Source: Nostoc sp. DedSLP01
GTDB lineage: Bacteria > Cyanobacteriota > Cyanobacteriia > Cyanobacteriales > Nostocaceae
Reading direction: 5' to 3'
Length of the DNA: 64,000 nt
Assembly: GCA_034530875.2 (NCBI GenBank)
Contig: JAVRCJ020000014.1
Coordinates: 64,001-128,000, forward strand
Shown: piece after piece, positions 19,801 through 27,410 of the stretch
Layout: every line of letters begins with the position of its first letter
How positions within the stretch are numbered: the first letter of the stretch is position 1
Position numbers and translations under genes: made by a program
The notes under the pieces: generated by a model
Told to the model about the DNA's origin: nothing
What the model saw: the letters and a program-made list of their open reading frames with translations, nothing else
The model's database searches: none

Positions 19801-19964
19801 GCCAGTCCTTGTAATGTAGAATGCGTTACCCATAACTCAGTACCCGCTTGCCAACTGGCTTTACAGTTCTTTGATTCTTCTGAGTTTTCGACAAAGGATA
19901 GTAAAGCAGACAGCAATATTTGTGCATGTTCTTTACCAGTCTCGTAGCTAAGATTCCGACCCAT
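16881..19964 (-). CDS. STAND NACHT NTPase with putative N-terminal winged-helix domain and 8 C-terminal HEAT repeats
   Basis: GEPGAGKTT Walker A, WLLLDAADEM Walker B, LTCR, NPLRL and FYHTTFEEY motifs; 35-aa repeats. Confidence 0.92.
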   Translation of the reverse strand: MGRNLSYETGKEHAQILLSALLSFVENSEESKNCKASWQAGTELWVTHSTLQGLAELTQSLKAEEIRNALNCLISLKIIEDKREQTNAKTRTNSKVWRFALKFPSIDKQENLKWLFKQDGKWDKCREAQKNNSAKVPKTAKEKSQGVEWQGICRAMLQKHKRLTTNELLFADDEMKFELEEIHVPLALVERKKPKKCSDNISAEQGSRLYEPSYEEKQRFEHQAFLEQIIRDGVGKTQGHHIALIGEPGAGKTTQLQTIAFWILNNNLGLPIWISLADLQGKSVKDYLLQDWLEDALEPVDDVTEEEKKTLADLFKNNRVWLLLDAADEMSSPQPLTEISQQLAGWVKNARVVLTCRVNVWEANAGALENFETYRLLNFEYPQQVQEFIGHWFHNRDADKGERLWQELDKPERQRIQDLVKNPLRLALLCSTWQGSDKGLPETKAGLYQQFVEEFYKWKENRFPTTEQQQEELNAALGRLAKKAIDQETSRFRLTHKFVREELGDAKQPNSLFWLALKLGWLNEVGLAAESATKEKVYAFYHTTFEEYFAALAIADWHEFLNHVPDNPALGVYRIFAPQWKEVILLWLGREDVEREEKEEFIQALVKFDDGCGEYRAIDRVRRGFYEFRAYFLAAAGVDEWKNSGNTDAIVKEIVKCGFGEFEVEQNEWVQFFRSIAWGAETALSQTNRIKAIAALVELIGNPQLDDDTRSQAAESLGQIGFGNQKAIDALVKLIGKPQLNDNTRRQAAESLGKIGSGNQKAIDVLVELIGKPQLNDDTLTKATERLGEIDPGKEKAITALVELIGNPQLDDRTRSLAAYRLGEIGSGNQKAISALVELIGKPQLGDLTRIQALFSLEKIGFDNQKAIDALVELIGKPQLNKSIRRLGLFRLGKIGSGNQKVIDFLVELIGKPKLDDNTRRQAVSSLGEIGCGNQKAISALVELIGKLRLYDDTLTRVASSLGQIMLEEQMPSVVTALKDYLSPETYKNGFEQFDNCYKIIWKCAQIMPYPAFYQAWHQQEKVKDGE
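17085..17895 (-). repeat. 105-bp tandem coding repeats (HEAT/PBS-lyase-like), about 8 units
   Basis: gccgattaac-like word recurs every 105 bp from 17127 to 17862. Confidence 0.9.
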
Positions 19965-20143
19965 CTAAGTACCGTCATCGAAAAGAAAAAAATTTTCTAA
20001 AAAGTTCTGTGCTTTCCCAAGCCAGACATATTTCCCAAGCACTATATGTAGATTCTAAACGGCTTTTAATCAACGCTTGGGAAATTTACTTGTCAATTAA
20101 TCCCAACCTTAACCTCGATTTGAAATTGAGGTGAGGTAAATAA

Positions 20144-20398
20144 ATGAAAACTCAGCGTCAGCAAAGCCAAAGCACACGTCAAAAGCTTTATCGCCAAATC
20201 ATCATGGTGTTGTTATTCATGCAAACAGTATTAATTGGTGTAAATGCCGAAAACCGCCTTCAGCAAGGAGACTCACCAATCGAGGTTTTAATATGGATGA
20301 TTAAGGAGTCGATTTCAGTTGTAAAACAAGCCGGCAGTTTGCAAGAAAAACAGAACAAAAGCCTGTTACCCAGACATCGCGGTTCTGAGGATAAATAA
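20144..20398 (+). CDS. Small hypothetical protein with one hydrophobic segment, divergent from the NACHT gene
   Basis: GAGGT RBS before ATG; IIMVLLFMQTVLIGV. Confidence 0.6.
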   Translation: MKTQRQQSQSTRQKLYRQIIMVLLFMQTVLIGVNAENRLQQGDSPIEVLIWMIKESISVVKQAGSLQEKQNKSLLPRHRGSEDK

Positions 20399-20423
20399 TA
20401 TCACAGCCCCTCTTTGCTTGCAG

Positions 20424-20534
20424 AGCCACAGTGTACACACAAATCGAATTACCCCCCTTAATCCCCCCTTAGAAAGGGGGGAAAAAGAGATCCAGTTCCC
20501 TCCCCTTGACAAGGGGAGGGTTAGGGTGGGGTAA
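20424..20534. repeat. GC-run double-hairpin palindromic repeat (copy 1), overlapping the 3' end of the DUF559 gene
   Basis: attacccccccttaatccccccttNNNaaggggggaaaaagagatccagttccctcccctt...aaggggagggttagggtggggtaa. Confidence 0.85.
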
Positions 20535-20901
20535 TTTCCTTCAAAATACAAATAATTTCCCTAATTTTATCCACCACACCATCAATATTTTGATAAACTT
20601 CCTGATTCGTAAATCTTAAAATCCTCGTACCTTTTGATTCCAAAAATGCTTGGCGATCGCAGTCATATTCTGGGACTCCATCTTGATAGTGACTATCACC
20701 ATCAATTTCTATAGCAAGTCTCAATTCTGGAGAATAAAAATCAACTACAAATCTGTCAATACTGTATTGTCTGCGAAATTTACAGCTTTCAATTTGTTGA
20801 CTTCTAAGCTTTGCCCAAACTATTTTTTCACATGGGGGCATATTGTTTCTGAGAGTTTGGCGTTTTTGCTTTTCTGAGGTTTGGTTATACAGCTTTGTCA
20901 T
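20521..20901 (-). CDS. DUF559 (Vsr-like) endonuclease domain protein
   Basis: KFRRQYSI, VDFY, AIEIDGDSH and LRFTN motifs. Confidence 0.92.
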   Translation of the reverse strand: MTKLYNQTSEKQKRQTLRNNMPPCEKIVWAKLRSQQIESCKFRRQYSIDRFVVDFYSPELRLAIEIDGDSHYQDGVPEYDCDRQAFLESKGTRILRFTNQEVYQNIDGVVDKIREIICILKEITPP

Positions 20902-20939
20902 CAGCGTTTTTATATTTTTATCTGTTTATTATTCCCCGG

Positions 20940-21175
20940 ATTACCCCCCTTAATCCCCCCTTGTAAAGGGGGGAAAAAGAGATCCAGTTCCCTCCCCTTT
21001 ATAAGGCTACGGTGTACGCACAAGTCGAATTACCCCCCTTAATCCCCCCTTGCCAAGGGGGAAAAAGAGATCCAGTTCCCTCCCCTTTATAAGGGGAGGG
21101 TTAGGGTGGGGTAAAACCTTGGTTAATCAGCTATTTCAGACTTGTGTGTACACCGTAGTTTTAGCAAGGGGTGGG
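20940..21175. repeat. Two more double-hairpin copies; one is carried inside a MITE (21007-21158) nested in the other
   Basis: TIRs ctacggtgtacgcacaagtc and gacttgtgtgtacaccgtag. Confidence 0.8.
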
Positions 21176-21205
21176 CTTCTTCGGGTTGAATAAGTAATCA
21201 AGCGG

Positions 21206-21453
21206 ACAAGTTCATTGGTTCACAACACAAGTTCATTCGTTCACAACACAAGTTCGTTGGTTCACAACACAAGTTCATTCGTCCACAACACAAGTTCATT
21301 CGTTCACAACACAAGTTCGTTGGTTCACAACACAAGTTCGTTGGTTCACAACACAAGTTCATTGGTTCACAACACAAGTTCGTTGGTTCACAACACAAGT
21401 TCATTCGTTCACAACACAAGTCCGTTGGTTCACAACACAAGTCCGTTCTCAAC
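21206..21453. repeat. 21-bp tandem repeat, 11 full units plus 1 partial
   Basis: Consensus acaagttcRttSgttcacaac, contiguous with no spacers. Confidence 0.97.
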
Positions 21454-21594
21454 AATTTGTTATTTTTGTCGTGTAATTACTTACTCACAAATTGAATCTT
21501 GTTACAAAAAATACCTTAATATGTAAGCTTTACTGAGCCAATATATCCGCCTATTAAGACACTCTAGAAAGGTAAGTTTAGTAAAAGGTATCCA

Positions 21595-21996
21595 TTGATG
21601 TACCGCAAAAAAAGAAGCTCTAACGTGCTAGAAAAAGCTGAACAGAGAGTAATTGGATTTAAATCGATTGATTCCAACCTTGATTTTGGTGATTCTATCA
21701 GTTTAAAGCATCTAACCGAATTAAATGGGCAACTCCGCAACAAGATTGACAAGTATAATATGATGCTAACTGACATTGACACAACAAAGGAAGAAATAGA
21801 AACCCTTGAAAAGACCATTTGCGAAACTTCAGAACGCTTAGTCAGTGGTGTGGTGTTGAAGTATGGCAAAGACAGTCGGGAATATGAGATGACAGGCGGA
21901 GTACGTAAAAGCGATCGCATTCGCAAAGCCACCATTACCCGGTTAAAATCGAGCGCAGACTCAAAATCGGCTTCTAAACAGACTACGACACCTTAG
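21595..21996 (+). CDS. Uncharacterised helical/coiled-coil protein
   Basis: 133-aa ORF with basic termini and YGKDSREYEMTGGVRKSDR motif. Confidence 0.85.
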   Translation: MMYRKKRSSNVLEKAEQRVIGFKSIDSNLDFGDSISLKHLTELNGQLRNKIDKYNMMLTDIDTTKEEIETLEKTICETSERLVSGVVLKYGKDSREYEMTGGVRKSDRIRKATITRLKSSADSKSASKQTTTP

Positions 21997-22305
21997 TAGT
22001 TAGACCTTTCGCTTTGGTTCTGGAAAGCAGGGGTATTTTGTGGGATTAACTCCAGCTAAAATTTAGTCGGCAATGAAAATTAAAATGTAAATTTACTGAT
22101 ATTTTTAAATATTTTTTAAATTTATTATAGATTTTAATTAATGAGTAAATGCTGACATCTTTTTTCTGTCTTAGGGATTTCAGAAAATAAATTATCCAAT
22201 TTACTTATTCTGTCTCCCTTCTGCACCCCGTACTTCCTACCCCATGCCTACACAGCGATGGGATATTTTTTTTAGTTGTAAATCCCTGAGACGGATTGGA
22301 TACTG

Positions 22306-22632
22306 ATGACATCTGAAAAAGACCGCCATAAAGAACTTGAACAACGAGAACGGATATTAAGAGAACGAGAAGTTGAATTGCGACTTCGAGAAATGGAAGC
22401 TAAAATTCATACAGCTGATGCGCCTTTTCATCAAACTGTTAAGCATCAGGGAGAAAATTCTCAAAAACCTTGGATGAAAAAACTAATTCTTGGTGGCAAG
22501 TTGTTTGCTCTTGGTGTGGTAGCGTTAGTTGCAGTCAGGGTAGCCTCAGTCCTAGCTGGATTTATTATTGTTGCTACATTAGGGTGGGTAACTTACAAGT
22601 TATTTTTTGAATCCCAGAAAATCGATTCTTAA
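22306..22632 (+). CDS. Small membrane protein (coiled coil plus two TM helices) upstream of the dynamin genes
   Basis: ERILREREVELRLRE followed by a hydrophobic hairpin. Confidence 0.8.
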   Translation: MTSEKDRHKELEQRERILREREVELRLREMEAKIHTADAPFHQTVKHQGENSQKPWMKKLILGGKLFALGVVALVAVRVASVLAGFIIVATLGWVTYKLFFESQKIDS

Positions 22633-22648
22633 TACAGGTGTAACTATT

Positions 22649-24727
22649 ATGAGCGAGCAAGTAGCAACTGACAAATTTATCCAAGATTTAGAGCGTGTTG
22701 CTCAAGCGCGATCGGAAATTGCTGTGTCTTTGAGTCAACTTGCTGAAATAATTGGTAAAGCTGAGTTGGCTGGCGACTCGTCATCAGGAAAACTCAGTTT
22801 AGAACGAAATATTGAAGATATTACAGTAGCTAGTAAAAATCTCCGCAAAGGTGTATTTCGCCTTTTAGTTTTGGGCGATATGAAGCGGGGAAAAAGCACG
22901 TTTCTCAATGCTTTAATTGGAGAAAATTTATTACCAAGCGATGTTAATCCTTGTACAGCAGTATTAACAGTTTTACGCTACGGCCCCGAAAAGAAAGTTA
23001 CTATTTATTTTAATGATGGTAAAAGTTCGCAGGATTTAGATTTTCAGAGTTTTAAACATAAATATACCATCGACCCTGGTGAAGCTAAAAAACTAGAACA
23101 AGAAAAAAAACAAGCTTTTCCTGATGTTGATTATGCTGTAGTGGAATATCCTTTAACTTTACTCGAAAAAGGAATTGAAATTGTTGATAGTCCGGGGTTG
23201 AATGATACAGAAGCGCGAAACGAATTATCTTTGAGTTATGTGAATAATTGCCATGCAATTTTGTTTGTGATGAGAGCTTCTCAACCTTGTACCTTGGGCG
23301 AACGTCGCTATTTAGAAAATTACATTAAAGGTCGAGGTTTGACGGTTTTCTTCTTAGTTAATGCTTGGGATCAACTGCGGGAATCTTTGATAGATCCTGA
23401 TGATGTAGACGAGCTACAAGCAGCTGAAAACAGATTGCGGCAAGTATTTAAAGCAAATTTAGCAGAATATTGTTTTGTAGACGGTCAAGATATTTACGAG
23501 GAACGCGTATTTGAGCTTTCGTCAATTCAAGCACTCAGGCGAAGGCTGAAGAATCCCCAAGCTGATTTAGGGGGGACTGGGTTTCCTGAGTTCATGGGAG
23601 CGCTGAATACTTTTCTTACCAGAGAAAGAGCGATCGCTGAACTTCGTCAAATTAGAACTTTAGCAAGACAAGCTGTTAATAATACTCGTGAAGCTGTTGC
23701 AAGAAGAATACCATTACTCGATCAAGATGTAAATGAATTGAAAAAACGAATTGATTCAGTAGAACCAGAGTTTAGCAAACTTACAGGTATTAGGGATCAA
23801 TTCCAAAAAGAAATTCTCAATACCAGAGATAATCAGGCAAGAACTGTTTCTGAATCGTTCCGCGGCTACGTTTTAAATTTAGGAAATACTTTTGAAAACG
23901 ATTTTTTACGCTATCAACCAGAATTAAATTTGTTTGATTTTCTCAGTAGCGGTAAACGAGAAGCTTTTAATACTGCATTGCAAAAAGCCTTTGAGCAATA
24001 TATCGCTGACAAATCTGCGGCTTGGACATTAACTGCTGAAAAAGATATCGATGCCGCTTTTAGAAAACTTTCTCGTAGTGCTGCACAATATGGCGCATCT
24101 TACAGTGAAGTAACAGACCAAATCACTGAAAAAATCACGGGGCAAAAAATTAAACTAAATGCCAATCTTGGTGAAGAGGATAACTCTCCTGGTTGGGCAA
24201 AATGGGCAATGGGATTGTTATCACTGTCTGAGGGAAATTTTGCTGGTGTAGCAATGGCTGGAAGTGGATTTGATTGGAAAAATATCTTGTTAAACTACTT
24301 CACTGTAATTGGTATTGGCGGGATAATTACGGCGGTGACTGGTGTTTTACTTGGCCCAGTTGGGCTTGCACTGCTAGGTTTGGGAGTGGGGTTTTTACAA
24401 GCAGATCAAGCGCGGAAAGAGTTAGTAAAAACGGCGAAAAAAGAGTTAGTTAAATATCTACCCCAAGTAGCACACGAGCAATCTCAAGTTGTATACAATG
24501 CGGTTAAAGAGTGTTTTGATGCTTACGAAAAAGAGGTGAGTAAGCGCATTAATGATGATATTGATTCTCGTAAATCTGAATTAGATAATTTAGTCAAGCA
24601 AAAGGAGAGTCGTGAGATTAATCGTGAAACTGAGTTAAAACGGTTAAAAAGTTTGCAAGAAGATATAATAGCTCAGTTGCAAAAGATTGAGGCGGTGTAT
24701 GGTAATTTGTTAGCTTACTATAGCTAA
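22649..24727 (+). CDS. Bacterial dynamin-like protein (Nostoc BDLP-type)
   Basis: GDMKRGKST, DSPG, VNAWD and a hydrophobic paddle; closely resembles my recollection of N. punctiforme BDLP; ATG at 22649. Confidence 0.92.
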   Translation: MSEQVATDKFIQDLERVAQARSEIAVSLSQLAEIIGKAELAGDSSSGKLSLERNIEDITVASKNLRKGVFRLLVLGDMKRGKSTFLNALIGENLLPSDVNPCTAVLTVLRYGPEKKVTIYFNDGKSSQDLDFQSFKHKYTIDPGEAKKLEQEKKQAFPDVDYAVVEYPLTLLEKGIEIVDSPGLNDTEARNELSLSYVNNCHAILFVMRASQPCTLGERRYLENYIKGRGLTVFFLVNAWDQLRESLIDPDDVDELQAAENRLRQVFKANLAEYCFVDGQDIYEERVFELSSIQALRRRLKNPQADLGGTGFPEFMGALNTFLTRERAIAELRQIRTLARQAVNNTREAVARRIPLLDQDVNELKKRIDSVEPEFSKLTGIRDQFQKEILNTRDNQARTVSESFRGYVLNLGNTFENDFLRYQPELNLFDFLSSGKREAFNTALQKAFEQYIADKSAAWTLTAEKDIDAAFRKLSRSAAQYGASYSEVTDQITEKITGQKIKLNANLGEEDNSPGWAKWAMGLLSLSEGNFAGVAMAGSGFDWKNILLNYFTVIGIGGIITAVTGVLLGPVGLALLGLGVGFLQADQARKELVKTAKKELVKYLPQVAHEQSQVVYNAVKECFDAYEKEVSKRINDDIDSRKSELDNLVKQKESREINRETELKRLKSLQEDIIAQLQKIEAVYGNLLAYYS

Positions 24728-24885
24728 AGTGATTCTCCATTATTGGTAATAAGGAAACAAACCACAGATAAGCAGCAATTAGTTTATCTGTGGTTACTAA
24801 TATGAGAAATTCACGCAGAGACGCAGAGGCGCAGAGAGAAAAGTTTTTAGGAAAAATATATTTTTAAATCTGGAATTCAGGAACT

Positions 24886-27108
24886 ATGCAACAACAGTAC
24901 GGCAAATTAGTAGATTCTCTCAAATCTGCATCTGCATTACTAAATTTGGAACGGAAATCACAACTGCATCAAGATGTTATTAGTATTTGTAATTATCTGA
25001 CTAATCCTAGTTTTCGGATTGCGGTATTTGGGCCTTTTAATCATGGTAAGTCTACATTATTAAATGCGATGTTGGGGAATCGCACTTTACCGATTGATTT
25101 AATTCCTACTACAGGTGCGGCGATTACTGTTAAGTATGGTTCTGATGTGCGGACTCGTATCATGTTGGTAGATGGTACAGAAATTTACCGCAGTGGAACG
25201 GAAGTTTTACAGCAATTTGCTATTCTTGATGGAAATAGACAGATGCGCAAAGATGTAGCATCTGTGGAAGTTTTTTGTCCTCATCCCTTTTTAGAAACGG
25301 GTGTGGAATTTCTCGATCTACCGGGAACTAACGATCGCGAAGAACAAGATAATTTAGTACGAGAACAACTTTTAAGTGCAGATTTAGTTATACAATTATT
25401 AGATGCACGCAAGTTAATGACTTTGGGCGAACGAGAAAACTTGCGAGATTGGCTATTAGACCGGGGAATTAAAACAGTTATTTTTGTTGCTAATTTTATT
25501 AATTTATTAGAACCTGAAGAACAAAAACAAGTTCAAAATCGCTTATTGTTTGTTGCGGAAAGTTTTCGAGCAGATTTACCTCCAGGTTATAGTAATTTAT
25601 ATCGTGTTGATGCTTTACCTGCTTTACGAGCTAGATTAAAAGGCGATGTTGCAGAAGCTAATAGTAGCGGTTTAGTGGCTTTTGAAACTGCTTTGCAAAA
25701 TATTGTGGGGATTTTACAACAAAATCGTGGTAGTGTAAGCTTGCCAAGAGTAGAGGCGATCGCTACTCAAATTCAACAATTATTAAAAGCAAAAATTGAC
25801 CCCCTTGCAAACGAAGTAAAATCTCTTGTTGACAAACAAAATGCTAAAGTTGAAATCAAAGAGAAAGCTGTAAATTTAATTAAACAAGGTTTTGCAACTA
25901 GTATTTCTGAATTACGCGATTGGTTAGCTTTACCGAAACTTTTAGCCAAATATCAAGCTGATGCTTCGGTTGCACTGGCAGAAAATAATTTTCAATCGTG
26001 GCAAACAAACACTCTCAAAAAAGACCTGAATCAATTACAGTTAGCTACGGTGAAATGGCTTTATCAAGCTTATGAGTTTTTCCAAGCAGAAAGACCACAG
26101 GATTTATCAATTCCTTTCCCTAGCGAACCACAAATAACATTACCTCCTAAACCTACTAATTATGGCGATTTGAGTGAAACTGGTTCCATTGCAGTTGGTG
26201 GTGGTATTGGTTGGTTGTTGGGTGGTCCTGTGGGTGCTGCTGTCGTTGGCAGTATTTCTTATTTGTTAAATAAGAATATGCAACAACTAGAAGTAAAATC
26301 AGCTAATGAATATTATCATCAGCAAATTGCAAAACTTTGCATAGATGCAACAGAAAATTATTTCTCTCGTTTTAGTAGTCAAGCATTATTAATTTTGGCT
26401 GAACACGAGCAAAAAGCTGAAAAAGTGATTTACTTAGAAGTCAGTCAAGAACCGTTAGAAATTACTAATAAACGTCAGGATTTACAGCAGTTACAAAATG
26501 GTTTTAATGAATTGTTACGAGAGTTAGAAAAGGCAAAAATATCTACTAATTATCAACCTTATCAAGAAATTCCCAAATCTAAAACTGTAAATCATCGATA
26601 TTCACCGCAACCAGAGAAAGTTAAAACTTCTCCCGAACCGCAACAGAATACTGCTAAAAATCCCGAGAAAAAAGTAGAATCTCCTCGTCAACAAGTTTCT
26701 CCACCGCCGAAAACTTCTGCTTCTCCCCGTCCAGAAGAAGTGGATGCAAAATTTCGTAATTGGGAACTTGATGAGGAAATTGCACGAATGAAAGCACAAA
26801 TGCATAGCCGTAAGGCTTATCATCAGACATCAGCTGGTTCTGAAACTAGCAAACAGCAAAATACAACTCAAAACAATAAAATACCAAATTTACCTAAAAC
26901 CCAGGCACAAAAAGATAAGATTGTTCGCGCTTATAGTATTTTAGGCTTGCAAAGTACTGCTTCTTTGGCTGAAATAAAACAAGCTTATAGAAATTTAGTA
27001 AAACAATGGCATCCAGATTTATTTGTTGGTAAGCCACAACTCCAAAAACAAGCAGAAGAGAAAATGCACTTAGTGAATGAAGCTTACACAATTTTGACTG
27101 AAAATTAA
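24886..27108 (+). CDS. Dynamin-like GTPase with C-terminal DnaJ (J) domain
   Basis: GPFNHGKST and DLPG; C-terminal YSILGL...IKQAYRNLVKQWHPD...VNEAYTIL. Confidence 0.9.
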   Translation: MQQQYGKLVDSLKSASALLNLERKSQLHQDVISICNYLTNPSFRIAVFGPFNHGKSTLLNAMLGNRTLPIDLIPTTGAAITVKYGSDVRTRIMLVDGTEIYRSGTEVLQQFAILDGNRQMRKDVASVEVFCPHPFLETGVEFLDLPGTNDREEQDNLVREQLLSADLVIQLLDARKLMTLGERENLRDWLLDRGIKTVIFVANFINLLEPEEQKQVQNRLLFVAESFRADLPPGYSNLYRVDALPALRARLKGDVAEANSSGLVAFETALQNIVGILQQNRGSVSLPRVEAIATQIQQLLKAKIDPLANEVKSLVDKQNAKVEIKEKAVNLIKQGFATSISELRDWLALPKLLAKYQADASVALAENNFQSWQTNTLKKDLNQLQLATVKWLYQAYEFFQAERPQDLSIPFPSEPQITLPPKPTNYGDLSETGSIAVGGGIGWLLGGPVGAAVVGSISYLLNKNMQQLEVKSANEYYHQQIAKLCIDATENYFSRFSSQALLILAEHEQKAEKVIYLEVSQEPLEITNKRQDLQQLQNGFNELLRELEKAKISTNYQPYQEIPKSKTVNHRYSPQPEKVKTSPEPQQNTAKNPEKKVESPRQQVSPPPKTSASPRPEEVDAKFRNWELDEEIARMKAQMHSRKAYHQTSAGSETSKQQNTTQNNKIPNLPKTQAQKDKIVRAYSILGLQSTASLAEIKQAYRNLVKQWHPDLFVGKPQLQKQAEEKMHLVNEAYTILTEN

Positions 27109-27190
27109 AAAGAAGAATTCAGAATGTAATTAGCAACACATGCTTGGGTCAAGACGCGACACCAGTCGCTACAACGTGCAGGGCTGTTTC

Positions 27191-27318
27191 ATATTATGTC
27201 CGGCAAATTGCTCTTAATATGTCATTGCGAACGGAACGTAGTGGAGTGAAGCAATCACAAGGACTCTGCGATTGCTTCACTTCGTTCGCAATGACGGGCA
27301 TTTTAACGGACATGATAT
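27191..27318. repeat. Long palindromic repeat (27221-27295) inside short TIRs
   Basis: gtcattgcgaacg...gtgaagcaatc / gattgcttcac...cgttcgcaatgac; outer atattatgtccg / cggacatgatat. Confidence 0.75.
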
Positions 27319-27410
27319 CATTCCCCAAAGAGCTTTAAAAATCAAGAGTTATAGCAATTAAAAATTACAAATGTTTGATTTTATATAATTTATCTGCTTA
27401 TGGCAAAAGC

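Noticed and set aside
21206..21453. CRISPR array
   Set aside because: Units are contiguous 21-mers with no unique spacers, and there are no cas genes in the window.
21206..21453. Array of cyanobacterial LexA boxes (RGTACNNNDGTWCB)
   Set aside because: AGTTC-NNN-N-GTTCA mismatches the consensus at two or more positions in every unit, which is too weak to call.
27144..27338. 64-aa ORF
   Set aside because: It is composed of dispersed palindromic repeat sequence and has no coding signature.
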